Positions 31,272 through 49,286 of a stretch of 64,000 bases of DNA are shown here, piece by piece (positions within the stretch are counted from its first letter, which is position 1; each line of letters begins with the position of its first letter). Origin of the DNA: the human T2T-CHM13v2.0 reference genome, Homo sapiens; NCBI RefSeq assembly GCF_009914755.1, contig NC_060936.1. One strand, given 5' to 3'. The position numbers were made by a program, and so were the translations under genes. The notes beneath the pieces are model-generated. The model saw only the letters and a list, made by a program, of their open reading frames with translations, had not been told where the DNA came from and ran no database searches.

Positions 31272-31580
31272 TGGCTGGGTGCGGTGGCTAACGCCTGTAA
31301 TCTCAGCACTTTGGGAGGCCGAGGCAGGCAGATCACGAGGTCAAGAGATCGAGACCATCCTGGCCAACATTGTGAAACCCTGTCTTTACTAAAAATACAA
31401 AAATTAGCTGGGCGTGGTGGTGCATGCCTGAAATCCCAGCTACTCGGGAGGCTGAGGCAGGAGAATCACTTGAACCCAGGAAGCGGAGGTTGCAGTGAGT
31501 CAAGATCGCACCACTGCCCTCCAGCCTGGGTGACAAAGTGAGACTCCATCTCAAAAAAATAAAAAAAAATAAAATAAATA
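31272..31580 (+). mobile_element. AluS-like element
   Basis: Alu consensus with an A tail. Confidence 0.9.
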
Positions 31581-31849
31581 AACCTATGAGGAAAGTACAA
31601 AAAAAAATAAGAATTACATAAATGTTCTAGAAACAAGGCACTCTTAAACTCTTTTTATGAGGCTAGAACTTCCTAAGGACAAATGTACAAAAATTTCTAG
31701 GCCAAGATCATTTATGAGCTATCATAAATGCAAAAATCCTGGATAAAACATGAGTAAATCAAATGCAGCAATGTATTTTACAAATAAGTGATTAAGTTAG
31801 ATGTGCTGCAACAATCGAAGGAGAGTTGAACATGAAAAAATCTATTTTG

Positions 31850-32500
31850 TAACAGATGCTAAGGAGATTGTGGAGAAAAAGGAATGCTTATACACTGTTA
31901 GTGGGAGTGTAAATTAGTTCAACCATTGTGGAAGAGAGTGTGGTGATTCCTCAAAGGCCTGAAGACAGCTAAACCATTTGACCCAGCAATCCCATTACTG
32001 CATATATACCCAAAGGAATATAAGTCATTCTATTATAAAGTCACATGCACACATATGTTCACTGCAGCACTATTCACAATAGCAAAGACCTGGAATCAAC
32101 CTAAATGCCCATCAGTGATAGACTGGATAAAGAAAATATGACACATATACACTATGGAATACTATGTAGCCACAAAAAAGAACAAGATTATGTCCTTTGC
32201 AGGGATATGGATGGAGCTAGAGCCATCATCCTTAGCAAACTAACAAAGGAACAGAAAACCAAATACTGCGTGCTCTCACTTATAAGTGGGAACTATGTGA
32301 TGAGAACACATGGACCCAGAGTGGAACAATACACACTGGGGCCTATCAGAGGGTGGGTGGTGGGAGACGATAAGGAAAAATAACTATGGGCACTAGGCTT
32401 AATACCTGCATGAAATAATCTGCACAACAAACCCCCATAACACAAGTTTACCTATGTAACAAACTTGCACATGTACACCTGAACTTAAAAGTTAAAAAAA
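31850..32500 (+). mobile_element. 5'-truncated primate L1PA (end of ORF2 plus 3' UTR) nested in older L1 ORF2 remnants (about 31600-33560)
   Basis: gacccagcaatcccattactg; gttcactgcagcactattcacaatagcaaagac; tgtaacaaacttgcacatgtacacctgaacttaaaag. Confidence 0.85.
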
Positions 32501-34110
32501 GAAATTCTATTACAACAAAAAAATATACTTCTAAACATATGGACTAAAAGAGAAAAACCTTATCATATGAGTAGACACAGAAAAAGAATTTTGAAAAAAA
32601 AAAATCAAATGCCTAGCTATTAATAAAACTTAGCAAAGTAGGAATTTAGATGGTAGCTTTCATAATCCCTAACTGCTCCCAACAGCATGCCTGCTGGTGA
32701 ATTTTGGTTTTCTTTTTCTGAGACAGGGTCTTGCTATGTTGCCCAAGCTGGCCTTGAACTACTGGGCTCAATCAATCCTCCCACCTCAGCCTTCCAAGCA
32801 GCTGGGACTACAGGCGTGCGTCACCGTGCCTGGCTTTGAAATTGTAAAAGCATTCCATTTAAAATCATACCCAAGGCAAGAGTCCCTGCTATCTTTGTTT
32901 TTATTTAACTTTGTACAAAAAGATCTAACCAGCAGAGTAATGCAAGAGAAAGAAACAAATATATATAGTTACAAAAAAGAAGAAACCAAATTGTCACTAT
33001 TCACAGATACTATGATTATCCACAGAGAAAAGCCAGGAATGGACAAATTATTAGCACTAACGATTTATTCAGCCAAGGCACTGAAGATCCAAACTGTATC
33101 TAGATAGCAACCACATCTCTGTATATCATTAATACTTAAAAAAATGTAATCTTAAAAATTACCATTTACAACTGAAAAAAAAAAAAAAAAAAAGGAAGGT
33201 ACCAAAGAATAAATCTAACAAGATGTTAGCTTGATGAAGAAAAAGATAACATCTTTTTAAGGCCAGTAATGACAACCTAAACAGAGTGGTCCATGTTCAC
33301 AGAAAGACTGATAGTGAGACATTGGCGATGTCCCCCTATTAATCTAGAACTCCAATTCAAAGTAATCCCTGGCTCCAATCAACAGACACATAGGGTTTCC
33401 AAAGAACCTGACAAAACTGATTCTAAATCTATACGGAGAGCAAAAGCTAAAAACAGCCAAGGCAATTTTGAAGAACTAGCTGGAGTTTCATCCTACCAGA
33501 TATCAGGGATAATTATAAAGTTACAGTGCTTAAGAAAATATGGTCTTGGTACAGGGACAGAGAAAAGTGGCCAAAGGCAGAGAGAAGAGAAAAGGACAGA
33601 AAGGGCCATAGCCCAGCAGCTCCTGCCTTGTCCCTGAGGGCTGAGTCCCTTATGGGGCTCAGTGCTTGTTTCTGTCACATGTCTAGGGGGTATTAAATTA
33701 TTTCATTGTTCATTTGCATTATAGTGTATGTCTGCTGTAGCACAAGAAGGAAAAATGATGTTAACTGCATACAATCCTACCCTGTAGTAAGTTATCGTGG
33801 CAAATGACATGGTAATTGGTGTCTTAAATGTTTTATAGTGTACAGAAATCTTTGGTGGATTATTACATAGGCATTTAAGAATATTTTGGAGATACTTGGG
33901 GAGATTGGTTGGGTTATTTGGGGAGAGGGAATGGGATGAAAAATCATTTTTCCCACTTAAAATAATGGAAATTGGGTCCCCACTATCCAAAAATTAAACC
34001 ATGCAGTACATCCTCAGAAACACATATCTGGAACACAAGGGAAGCCTGTATGGGTATTTAAGGCAACACACAGAAGTAATGAACCATCAACATTTGCATG
34101 GAAATAAACA

Positions 34111-34412
34111 CAGCCAGGCGCGGTGGCTCACGCCTGTAATCCCAGCACCTTGGGAGGCTGAGGCAGGCGGATCACTTGAACTCAGGCGTTCAAGACTAGC
34201 CTGGGCAACATGGCAAGACCCCGTCTCTACAAAAAAATTAGCCAGGTGGTGGTGGTACATGCCTGTGGTCCCAGCTACTAGGGAGGCTGGGGTGGGAGGA
34301 TGGCTTGAGTCCAGGAGATGGAGGATGCAGTAAGCCAAGATTGCGCCAATGCACCCCAGCCTGGGTGGCACAGCCAGACCCTGTCTCAAAAAAAAAAAAA
34401 AAAAAAAAAAAG
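34111..34412 (+). mobile_element. AluJ-like element
   Basis: Alu consensus with a long A tail. Confidence 0.9.
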
Positions 34413-35500
34413 AAATAACAAACACTTTCAAACTGGTGGTTAGCTCTGGAGAGGAGAAAGGGATGAGGAAGAGTACCTGGGAGGCTTCAACTAAATAGGT
34501 AATGTTTTATTTCTTAAACTAAGAGGTAGGAACAGAGACCAATTGTACTTTTTTGCTATGTCACATCAGAAACTCTCCTGGGTATATAATATACTGGGTG
34601 AGCTCATTTAATCTTCCAAGCTGCTTTATAAAAAACATTAATCCATTTTACCAAGGAAGAAACAGGCCTCCTCAGAGGAAGGCAAAGTTTGAACCTAGTT
34701 TGACTATAAAGCTCTGGTACTTTCTATCACACAATTCATCATTAAAGGGTATCAGAGTTAATCATTAAGACAGAGTTTCAAAGATCAGGACATAGGTAAA
34801 TAACTTTTTTCTTTTTCCCCTAAATTGTAGATTTAATGAGAATATATTTCTACCTGTTGAACTATTTCTTTCAGAAAAGCTAGACTATAACTGAAAATGA
34901 GCTTTTTGCCCTACAGAGCACTAGGTTTAAAAAAGAACAAAACAGAACTCAGTAACCAGGTCTCTAAAATTCTCATCAGTCACCAACCTTGCCTGAAGGG
35001 GAACGTGGCCACCCTATTCAATCTCCCCTGCTTTCTTTCCCTCCCTTCCTCTCTTCCTCTCCCACTCATGTGGGACAAAGGGGGAGATTTTACGGAAGAA
35101 TGAAAAGAAATAATTTCTTTAAGAACTCTTTGATCTGATCTGCTTTGGAACAAAGGGACTCTGAGAACCACAGAGGACCCTGAAATCAGAGTCTTATTTT
35201 TTAAAATTAAACTTTTTGAGATAAATGTAGATTCACACATGCAGTTTTAAGAAATACAGAAAGATCCAGAGTACCCTTTTCCCAGTCTCCCCTGATGGTA
35301 CCATCTTAACTGTTATAGTATAATAACACAACCAGAATACTGACACTGATACAGCCAGGAAACAAAACAGTTCCATCACCACCCTAGTCCTATTTTTAAC
35401 CTGTGTGGTAACACCCAACTTGATGATGAAAATCAGACTGCCTCTCAGCACAGAGGGACCAAATCTTCAGGACCACAGATAATGTGTCACGGATGCTCAC

Positions 35501-35637
35501 CCTTCTGCGCCTTGGCACCACCTTAATAAGAAGTGACTTGGGAAGTTGACAGGCTCCAGTGGGACTCCCAACTGCCGAGCAATTGTCAAATAGAGCAGAG
35601 ACATGCTGATTGGGATTCCTGTTCTGCGAATCAAAAC
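35501..35637 (-). CDS. FBXO21: FBXO21 exon 7 (137 nt): VLIRRTGIPISMSLLYLTIARQLGVPLEPVNFPSHFLLRWCQGAEG, the transglutaminase-like/SirB1 core
   Basis: Boundaries ttttag|GTTTTG and GAAGG|gtgagc. Confidence 0.95.
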
Positions 35638-35779
35638 CTAAAGCAGAAAAAATGCTTTTATTTCACTGGGATGAACTATACGTTCTCATTCTTTCAATAA
35701 ACATTCTCATTAGGCACCTATTGTGCATTGGGCATGATGCTCATTTGTGAGGCTTAAGTGAGTATTTCACTTATTTAGG

Positions 35780-36415
<636 letters not shown>

Positions 36416-36711
36416 ATTTAGGCCCTCCTTCTTCCAGAAAGTATTTAAGACTGTTCCGAGGAAAAGTGTGTACGATATAACAAAATAAAATGAAAGTAGC
36501 AGACAGGGCAACAAACTAAATATGAAAATGGAACTAGGCAGAAAGCAAATAAAAAATAAATATAACAGATGCAAACTTGACACAGCTGGGCCACAGGTTC
36601 TCCCAAATGGCTAGAGGCCAGTGCAAAGAGGACCCTGATTAGTTTTACAGTTTAGTGTTCACAAGATACAAACTGACCAAACAGAGTCAGAGAAATATCT
36701 ATTTTTAGTCA

Positions 36712-37185
<474 letters not shown>

Positions 37186-37235
37186 GTTACTATACCTATA
37201 TTACTATACCCATATATTACTGTACCTATATTTAC

Positions 37236-37372
37236 CTGATGCATATATAAGTTGAGGGCATTATAGTAATCCATTCGATTCCCCTTGAACTTCAGTTGGT
37301 CGTAAAGGACATAGTTCATGGCATCCAGCACCTGGCTCTGGAGTTCTATTTCCATTATCATGGATGATTCAC
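37236..37372 (-). CDS. FBXO21: FBXO21 exon 6 (137 nt): GESSMIMEIELQSQVLDAMNYVLYDQLKFKGNRMDYYNALNLYMHQ
   Basis: Boundaries tttcag|GTGAAT and CAG|gtaaat. Lies inside ORF 37167..37472. Confidence 0.96.
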
Positions 37373-37681
37373 CTGAAACACAGAGATCTACTCTGGGACC
37401 CAAGCACAAAAAAGGTTGTGACAGGTGCCCCAAACAACTCACAACATGAAGACATTGGCAATGGCCTAACAATATTAATCAAGTGTTGCCAATCTAGGAA
37501 GCAGAAGGCAGTATGTATTTGAAGTGTTTTAGGTTCAACACTTCAACCAGGTAAACACGTGGTCACGTCATTTTATCACTTTCTCATGACATAATGGCAG
37601 CACACTAACAAATCTCTCAAATTAACCAATTCCTCTAGATTTTCTTTCATAAATACAGCTGGATCCAAAGCAATGCCACAC

Positions 37682-37828
37682 CTGCCTTGAAGGCCAAGCT
37701 GGGGTGGCGACTGTTTATGCCCCGAAGGGTTTTGCAAACAAGCTCCACGATGCTGTCAATTTGGGCCTGGATGTCTTTGAGGCTGATGTCGGAGAGAGGA
37801 TTGCAGTACTGGTCAATATATACAGCAC
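37682..37828 (-). CDS. FBXO21: FBXO21 exon 5 (147 nt): GAVYIDQYCNPLSDISLKDIQAQIDSIVELVCKTLRGINSRHPSLAFKA
   Basis: Boundaries ttttcag|GTGCTG and GCAG|gtgtgg. Confidence 0.95.
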
Positions 37829-40549
37829 CTGAAAATGAACAAGAATTACCGAATAAATTCTCACGTTACCCTTTTCTTATTAGTTTGCAATTTTACCCTG
37901 GACATCCTGGGACATGGCTCTTTACACCATCCCACTGGACAAGCTTCATGTTTTGGCCACAGACCTTGCTGCTAACACACTGAGAAGGAGCAACAAACAT
38001 TTTCATAACAAAGTAGCTTTAACTTTAAAAAAAAAAATACATAAATCAAACTTCTCTCAGAAGTCATGGACTAAAAAACTGCGTGGTATATGGCGCAGTT
38101 TCATGTTCTATTACAAAGAGAAGTAAATGACATCAAGGAGATCTTTTCAAGCTACTTCTCTCTCCCTAGCTGTTATAGGTTCCAAATCCAACAACTCTGA
38201 AAACTTAATGGTATAAGGCAGTTCCTTTAAAAAAACAAAACAACAAAAAAAAACAACTTGAAAGCCCTCCATGACAGATGTGCCATTTCAACAAATTACA
38301 CATCTCAAGGGTGAACAGTAAATGGATTCTGGAGCTAACCCCACTTTCCAATGAGATAAACAGTTATGCTCGGGGAACCTACAGCTGAAAAGCTGTGCAG
38401 AGCACACTGCAGACAGTCTCTTAAGAATCACTCCTCTTCACAGTCTTAGGTAATTTTGGAAGCAGAGACTGAAGGGCTAACAGCATCATTTGGGTAAGGA
38501 CACCGTTATGTGGGAAGCTCTCGAGTCACCTTAAATTCAAGAGATCTCAGACCAGCTCAGAACCTGGACTCCCTTACCAATGCTCCAGAGCTCAAAGCAG
38601 TTGAACGGGTGTCAAGACACCTCGACCCCAGTCCCAGTGTTGCCACCAGCCAGGGACTGTCTCCTGGGCCTCCGAGGGCCCCAGCTTCCCTACCTGGAAG
38701 CTGAAGCAGTTTATGCTGCACATTTCTGAAGTCCGTTCCTTCCTAATGCTATGATTCCCAGACTTCTTCGATGGCATCAGCATTATTCCAGTCAGTCACC
38801 AAGGATCAGAAACTTGGAGAGCCAACTGTCATTCACTCAACTACTAAACAACTTCCAATGGCTTCTCAATGCTTATGACACTGATGTGGAAGTTCTTTGA
38901 AAATTATAACTTTGTATTTAGAAAATGAAAACGGAGTATTTGTTTTCATACATAAGCTACAAAAAAATATACTATTCTTAACTGTGAAATAAACAGAAGA
39001 TAGGATGCTTCTCAACTCCAGTATACAAATGAGGGGATTCTAGCAGTGAGAATTTATTTTAATCAACTGAAACAGATGTTTCATTTCCTTTTGGATGATA
39101 CTAGGTTTTCATACACTTGATAAACATTTACACTAAGCATTGTGAGGTATACAGTGATCCTAACACAAGGACCACAACACGGGAAGCTTAGGGACTAGTT
39201 ACAGAAACAAATGTATACACAGGAAACAGAAAAAATGCAAGACAGCTTACTATTAAATGCTACTGTAGCTCTGAGGTGAGTAAAATCTCCAAGTAGTCAG
39301 TGGAAATTTAATGGAAGTGAGGCTTGAGCTGAATTATGGAGGGGGAGTAGGATTTTCAAGAGGGATTATGAGAAGGAGGGATATCATGAATGAGGAAGTG
39401 AAGCCAGGTGTATTTGTGGGGCACCAGTCTAGACAATGGCCTGGCTGGAGCAAATGGGACATCCTGGAGAGTACGGAGCAAAGGTCTGGACCAGATTATG
39501 CAGGGCATTGAAAAGCAGGTAGAGGTTAAATATAAAAGGGAAATCAGTTGTCCACATTGCAGGTTTCACATGCAGTGGTGAAGGCTAGATTTCTAATGGG
39601 GCTGGCACTGGTATTTTGGCTGACTTGGAGGGAAGAGGGGGTAATGTTCATGAAAGCAAGTATTACTCAGAAAGTTGTTGCCAGGAGAGGTGGCCATAGA
39701 CTGCATGAGACTAGTTACAGAAGACAGCCAGGTGTGGTGGCACTTGAGCACGGGAGTTTGAATCTAGCATAGGTGACATAGCAAGACCCCGTCTCTAAAA
39801 ATAAATACATTTTTTTTAAAAAAAGGAATAGTAACAGAATGGGAACATGACTATGAGATACACTGGAATGGAAAAAAAAATCAACAATCTGGTAAAACAT
39901 CAGAAGTAGGGAATAAAAGTAAACGACCAGTCATATTTGTATTTCATAACCATAATTTATGGGAATGTTTGTGTAATATTGTAGGAATTCAAAATCATTT
40001 TAAAAAAATGGAAGTCTCACTTTGTTCCTGTTCAACTTAATAAGAACAAAAAGATTCTCCACTCCCTTCATCTTGCCTGTCCACTCAACTTCTTCCTTCT
40101 CACCTTTCATTACGGACAAGCAGACTCACTGATGCCCAAGAACATTCTGTCCTCAATAAACTCCAACCTGAGAGGTTAAGGGATTTACTCAAGGTCACAG
40201 GGAGACAAAATTGGATACATTTACTTCTGATTTGGAAATGATCATTAAAGCTCGGAAAAACAGGAATTTACTTCATTAGCTAAAGTATCACTCTCACATT
40301 TTAAGCCAATGATGCATCTTTAAAAAACACTATTTCTTTAGTGGACTTTGATAAAATCTTAGCTCTAAATTTAATAGTTTGAACTACCTCATTGATCAGG
40401 CCCTATAATCCAACCTGCAGAAGCCCACGCAACATGATTTGCTTTTTCACTTCTTTACCACAAGGAACACAATTCCCTCTGCTGGTCTTAAAAAACTAAT
40501 CAGTTACCTACAGAAATACTACTGTCCACATATATGGGAAAAGACCCAC

Positions 40550-40671
40550 CTTCAAGATACGACTCATAGTCATCTGGCTGCTGAAGAAAGGCCTTAAGAT
40601 TATTTAAGATCTTCTGTTGCCGCAGGTAGTAAAGAATTTTTTTTGCGTAGTATTTCCAGGTCAAAGCTTTT
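40550..40671 (-). CDS. FBXO21: FBXO21 exon 4 (122 nt): KALTWKYYAKKILYYLRQQKILNNLKAFLQQPDDYESYLE
   Basis: Boundaries tttccag|AAAAGC and GAAG|gtgggt. Confidence 0.95.
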
Positions 40672-41059
40672 CTGGAAACAAAAAGTCAGTAAGAATTAAG
40701 ATTTGAAAACTTTCAGTTATCTATTTTTCACATTACACTAACATACCATGTAGTTTGCTTAACAAGAAAAATATAATTGGTTCATTCTCTTATAATAATT
40801 ATAATGGAAATAGCAGTCTTTGAATTGTAATATAATACTAAATTAGTTGTACTGAAATCTGAGGAACAGTTATCTGCCTGGCTTCAGACTTACTTGCCTG
40901 TATCTTTCATAAAAGGAAATGGAAGAGCAGCCTGAAAAAGGAATTGAGCTGGGGGAGGTTCAGAAGATGGGGAGGCATCTAGAACCTTTTGCTGGTCCCC
41001 CTGCTTGGGCCACTTGGGCCTGGGCACTCACTGCCATGGTGAGTTCCTCACGGTTTCAC

Positions 41060-42030
41060 ATATTATGAAAACTCCTATTTTCCAGACCAGAGTTCTCTCT
41101 TGAACTCTAGACCTTTGTATCAACTACTATCCATCTACTCCACATCCCACTCAGATAGCTGAGCACTTTCATCTTTCTTCCCCTCCCAGAGTCACCCTCA
41201 TCTCTGATCAAGGCATCTCCATCATTCTAGTGAGGCATAAAACCTGCGAGTCATCCTGGATGCCTTGCTTTCTCTCATAAGCCATACTTAAGACCTGTCA
41301 GCCAATGCTATCGGTACTATCTTCAAATTACATCCAAAATGTGCACACTTCCCAATTACTCCCACACACCACCACCAGCATTCCTGTGTTGCAGCAACAT
41401 CCTCCTACCTCAGCTTCCCGCTTCAGACCTGGCCCCTCCACAGTCCATCCTCAATACGGCAGCCAGAGCACTGCAGTAACACGTACGGTCACGCCACCCA
41501 ATCCTCGCCTCCAAGTCTCCAGTGGTTTCCCACCTCGCTCCAAGAAAAAGCCCAAGTCCTAAGGAGGACTTAAAAGGTCTCTTGAACTCTCGCCCCATTA
41601 CCTCTCTGACCCCAATTCCTGCCACTCCCCCTCAGTCCAGCCACCCAAGCATTCCAGCTGTTCCTTTACTGTCTGGCGGGTGCTCACCTTAGTGCCCTGT
41701 TCCTTCTGCCTGGAACATTCTCTCCAGAGACTGCAGTCTGTTCTCACCTTCTCCTAGGTTTCAACTCAAATGTCCCCTTGAGTAAGGCCCCCTACATTAT
41801 TTTAAATGGTACCCCCTCACCACTCCCCTGCCTTCTTCCCCGATTATATTTCTCTATAGCATGTTTCATTTTCTAATGTAACCAATTTCTTAGTGCCTAT
41901 CTCGCCCACTACAGTATAAGCCCCATGAAGGCAGGGATTTTTTTTTGTGTTGTTCACTGCTGTATCCCTAGTGCCTAGAATAGCATCTGGCACATAGTAG
42001 ATGTTCCATAACACTTGTTGAGTGGATAAA
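41060..42030 (+). mobile_element. L2 remnant
   Basis: L2 3' motifs: tgttccttctgcctggaac; gttcactgctgtatccctagtgcctagaatagcatctggcacatagtag. Confidence 0.75.
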
Positions 42031-43659
42031 ATTCTTCACCACATATCCCAAATACATATGGGGATTATAAGAAGCAGGAGAGAGACAGTGATGAAACTTA
42101 TCTGGCTGACATCATGAAGAAACAAACAACTTGCCAATCTTGAGAGAGGTCAATGAAAATCTGCAGAATGATCTATGTTTCATCTACTTTTTAACCTTTG
42201 AGTTGTAAAATATATCAATCTAGAAAATTGTGTGAAACAAACAAGTAGCTTAATGAATCATTACAAGGCACATTCCTGGATCTAACACTCTTGCCAAGAA
42301 AGAAAACTTTGCAAACGGCCAAGAAGCCCTCCGGGGCCCCCCGCAACAATAATCACAAACCACACCTCTATGGTCATCACTTTCTTGCTTTTCTCTTTAG
42401 TATTACCATGAAATATACATCCCTAAACAGGCGAGTCTGTTTTGATGCCTTCTAAATCTCTTAATCTACAGGATCCTCCTCCATCTTTTTTTTTTCCCTT
42501 GCATTTTATTTGTTGAAGAACCTGGGTTGTTTGACCTGCAGTTTCCCATCGTCTGAAATTTGCTGACTGTACCCACATGATGTAGTTTAACATGTTCTTC
42601 TGTCTTCTGATCTCCTGTAAATTGGATGTAGAGGCTACATGAGATACAGATTCCATTAATTTAGCAAGATAATTTCATAGAAGGTAGTGCATTCTCCCAT
42701 CAGGAGGCAATAATGCCTGGGTGTTTCTTTTGTGATGTCAGCAGCACTGCTACTCAATGTCTTGATCTGTTCATTCATTTGAGGTTACGAAGTGGTGATA
42801 TTAAAATTCAATCAACCCTTCTTAATTCATTAGCTGGGATACTTCTATAAGGAAAAACCTCCCCGTCTATTACTTGATCCCCCATGATACAGTACATGGA
42901 AAAGGCAGGATAAATGCTCATATCTTCTATTTACAATTTTTCAAAACAATGATATGGGCTTCTATTTATCCTTCAAAGGTGACCAATTAATTTTTTTAGT
43001 ATTATGGACTCAGAGAGACAAGCATATTCGATGCATTTCAATCCATTCCTGTTATTATCCACACTGATGCTCTAACTGTCACATCTTTGGCCACTGGAAG
43101 CCTCTTCATATTGGTTCCTCAATACTTCCGACATAAAGTAGTGTCAGTTTTCTTACTATCTGGTTAGGTTTCCAGGATGCTCCAGGCTCATCTTTTAAAA
43201 TCCTTGCATTGGACATACAATCAGTCTTTCTCCAAAAACCCTGGCTTCTTTTGTGGAAAATGTTGTATCAAGATGACAATCTGGAAACCAGGGAAGATCA
43301 ATTCCACTAGGTTGGTTATTATTTCTAGATCTTTTCAGCAAACAGACGTAGGAAGCCTAGTGTTGATGTGCACGTGTGTGTACATGTACATATGCACATG
43401 CACTTACATATACCTACATGTATTTAAATATAAAATACCTTTTGAGTTCACACTGGCACTTCTAATTCAAAAATATATGTCTCTGACCTTCTTCTATCTT
43501 ATATCTATGTCTTCTTTATTCCAGGAGAATTCTGCTTCTCCAGGATATCACAGGTGGTAAAATTAGAATATCACATCGTTATTCATTTACTTCATTCCAC
43601 ATCTCTCTCTCATACACACACACCAGCCCTCAGAATAACAAGACTAATGTTTTCATCAC

Positions 43660-43940
43660 TTTTTTTTTTCTTTTGAGACGGAGTCTCGCTCTATCGCCAG
43701 GCTGGAGTGCAGTGGTGTGATCTCAGCTCACTGCAATCTCCGCCTCCCGGGTTCAACCTAGTCTCCTGCCTCAGCCTCCCAAATAGCTGGGATTACAGGC
43801 TGCATCACCACACCAAGCTAATTTTTTTTTTTTTATGTATTTTTAGTAGAGACGAGGTTTCACCATGTTGGCCAGGATGGTCTCAGTCTCCTGACCTTGT
43901 GATCCGCCTACCTCAGCCTCCCAAGGTGCTGGGATTACTC
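43660..43940 (-). mobile_element. AluS-like element within antisense L1 remnants (about 42200-44540)
   Basis: Alu consensus. Confidence 0.85.
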
Positions 43941-44553
43941 ATCACTTTTATGATTACTGAAAACAGCTAAATATTTTGCATATGTTCTCCCCCACTGTCC
44001 ATTCATTTTTTAAAACAGATGCATTGTATTTATACTGACATGTCTTACAGACGTTACACATGAAATATTTTCTCCCCTAGAACCCTCATTTGAATTTAAA
44101 TCTAAAAATAAATACATGTTTAGTGCTCACTGCCAGTCCTTATATCAGTGTTTCTCTGTTTTGTTTTTTTTGGGGCAGGGAGTGGTTTTTGGTCATTTGA
44201 AATTCATTTTCCAGGAGATCTCTCAGGAAGGACTGAAAAGTCACTGAATTCTTGTTAAGTTGTTAAGTTTCTGTGCAGTCTTTGTATCTGGAAGTCAGTT
44301 TGGCTGGATATAAAAATCCTTGGTTGACATTTCCTTAGATCATTGAGTATCTTAAGCTATTTTTTCCTTTGGCACAAAAAATTCTGTTGAAAAGTCTGAT
44401 GATATTCTTATTTTCTTTTCCTTATAAATGACTTTATCTTTTTTGCTTGGATGCTCAAAGGACTTTCCTGTCTTTAAAATCCAGCAATTTTACTAAAGTA
44501 TGTCTCAGTATTGGTCATTCTGTGACACTTTTCTCAGGTACAATGTATGAATT

Positions 44554-44864
<311 letters not shown>

Positions 44865-45254
44865 TAGAGACGGGGTTTCTCCATGTTGGCCAGGCTGGTC
44901 TCGAACTCCTGACCTCAGGTGATCTGCCCACCTCAGCCTCCCAAAGTCATGGGATTACAGGTGTGAGCCACTGTGCCTGGCCCAGTGTATGCCCTTTTAA
45001 TATGCTGTTTCTAATCTTTATTGTAGGACATACTCGTTTTTAAGACCACATAGCACATCATAAACACAAACTGATTTCAAGCTGATACTTTGGCATTTAT
45101 GGAAACTACACTTTTTCCTTCCCATGCTTTCCATATCCAAACCATAAGCATTTGCCAGGAATGAAAACAAACAGGGTCTTCCATGAAAACTGGTATCCCA
45201 AAATATTTTTAAATGCGGGGTATTCTATCATTTAAAAACAACCTTATTTGTTTG

Positions 45255-46595
<1,341 letters not shown>

Positions 46596-47507
46596 TATTT
46601 AACACTTTTTGAATAGTGTATTAAAAGTTTTCCGTGATTGTTAGATGTTAGGATTTGTTCTTCTGTGAATGTCATCCTCCTAACCTTTGAACATTTTTCA
46701 ATATCTCTTGAGTTCTACTGACTTCGTTCATGCTCTCTTGGCCATATAGAAGTGTCTGCTCTTTCACTGTCTCCGCATTGTCCTTCTTGGTTAAGGTGGT
46801 CTCCCTTAGACTATACAAAGTCTCCTATTTTCTTGAGGAATGTTCACTGTGATCATTTAAAAATTTCAGTTGTTTCATCCTTTGGAAAAATGTTTGCATA
46901 TGATGCACGTTTTCCTTTCTTCCAGCTGGATATTCAGTTATGTCCAGTACCATTTCTTTAAAAATCCATTTTTTCCCTCTGAGTTTAAATATATTAAATT
47001 ATCTTTTATTCTGGGATGCATTTGTCAATTATCCTCTGCTACTGATGCAGCTATTTTTATTGAATCACTGTGCTGTTTGGATTATAAGTAGCTTTATAAG
47101 ATGGCCTAATATCTAGTGATGCCAGTTTCCCATTATGATTACTGAAAAATTGTTTTCTGGCTCTTCTTGTGAATTTAGTCTTCTGTATATATTTTATGAC
47201 ATCCAAATGAAAGAAAAGAAAAAAGCAAAACAACTCCCCCTGCTCACCACCCCCAACAAAAATACTTTGTTTGAATCCTAATTGGAATGACACTAGGTTT
47301 ATAAATTAATTTGGGGAGAACTGACATTTTTTGTGATAGCAAGTCTTCACATTCCAGGACATGCTATCTATTTTATGTCTTTCAATAACATCCTATAGTC
47401 TGAACTGGGAAACCCATTCCCAGGACTCTACTGCCTAGAAACATCACTCCTCACAGTGACACAAAATGGAAAAAAAAGTGGTTGTCCATCTATAGGAAAA
47501 TTATGTA

Positions 47508-47810
47508 GGCTAGGCACGGTGGCTCACGCCCATAATCTCAGCACTCTGGGAAGCCGAGACCAGCAGATCACGTGACATCAGGAGTTTGAGACCAGCCTGA
47601 CCAAGAGGGCGAAACACCGTTTCTACTAAAAATACAAAATTAGCTGGGTGTGGTGGTGGGCACCTGTAATCCCAGCTACTCAGGAGGCTGAAGCAGGACA
47701 ATCTCTTGGACCCAGGAGGCAGAGGTTGCCAAGATCGCGCCATTGCACTCCAGCCTGGGCTACAAGAGCGAAATTCCATCTCAAAAAAATAAAAATAAGT
47801 AAATAAATTA
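47508..47810 (+). mobile_element. AluS-like element
   Basis: TSD AAATTATGTA. Confidence 0.9.
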
Positions 47811-48893
47811 TGTAACATACCACAAAAGAGTAAGTAGACATTAACAATAGTGATTTTGATGTTTTACCCGTTGAAGAGGATGGATTTCCATAAGGTACTG
47901 TTGAATGAGAAAAAACAATATAGAAAAGTACCTATTATGTGATCCCAATTTTGTGCAATAATGATCCCTTCCCATACTCATCACTGTCAGCAAGAAGAAT
48001 GCAACCTGGGCTGTTATCAAGAATTACAGAGGTGGAGGCAGGAAAGGACAATGTAAACAGAGGGAATGGGGAGGAAAAAGGAAACAGCATAAATAAGAGA
48101 AAAACCAGGTCTGTACTAAACACCAAACCAAAACAACCAACAAAGTAGGTATGAGGTCCCATTTATGTATTTTAAAGTACATATGCACATTAAAAAACAC
48201 AAGTCAGCTTTTATTTTTAAGACTGCACAATACTGACTACTAGATCATACTAGATCATACTTCAATTCATTTATAGATAAACCAAAATAGAAATGGAAAA
48301 ATGACCTCTGCATCTGAACTCATCCAAGGCCTAGAATAGTGACACATCTTACCTCTACCCACAGTTGTTCCACTGATAGATATTTCTCTCTCCTAAATCC
48401 CCTTTAAAAAACAACATAAATATTTCATGCCTTGTTTGTGAGATATTTCGCAAAGATTCCTTTTAAGGAAGATGTTAAACTAACATTCTTATCTTCCATC
48501 ACTAGAAAGTTTTCAGAACTTTTAGAGCAGAAAGTCTTTTCCACAGGAAAGTTAGGCTGGAAGCCCACTCATCTTTCAGGGAAAAACTGGAAATTAACCT
48601 TCACAGCAGAAAATAAAAGGCATATGAAATTTTAAGCAATAACCAAGACATAAGGGGTTCTTCTTGATCAAGTGAGTCCCTAAGTACGCAGTTTTCTGAC
48701 TGGAAGATAAAAGAAAGGCTCACCCAAAGATCTACAGTGTTCAAAGAACAAAGTAGATTATTTTGTACCGCAATTCAGAAATTGTAAAAAATCATCCATT
48801 AAATTAAGACATGCCTAAGAAATTATTATTTTTAAATTAAAAGATTCAATTCATGATAGGCAAATCTGATAGTAAGTGGAGAGGTAATAATGA

Positions 48894-49286
<393 letters not shown>

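Noticed and set aside
31600-33640. ORFs resembling L1 ORF2 (for example KEETKLSLFTDTMII)
   Set aside because: These are fragmented L1 remnants with many stop codons and no intact reverse transcriptase.
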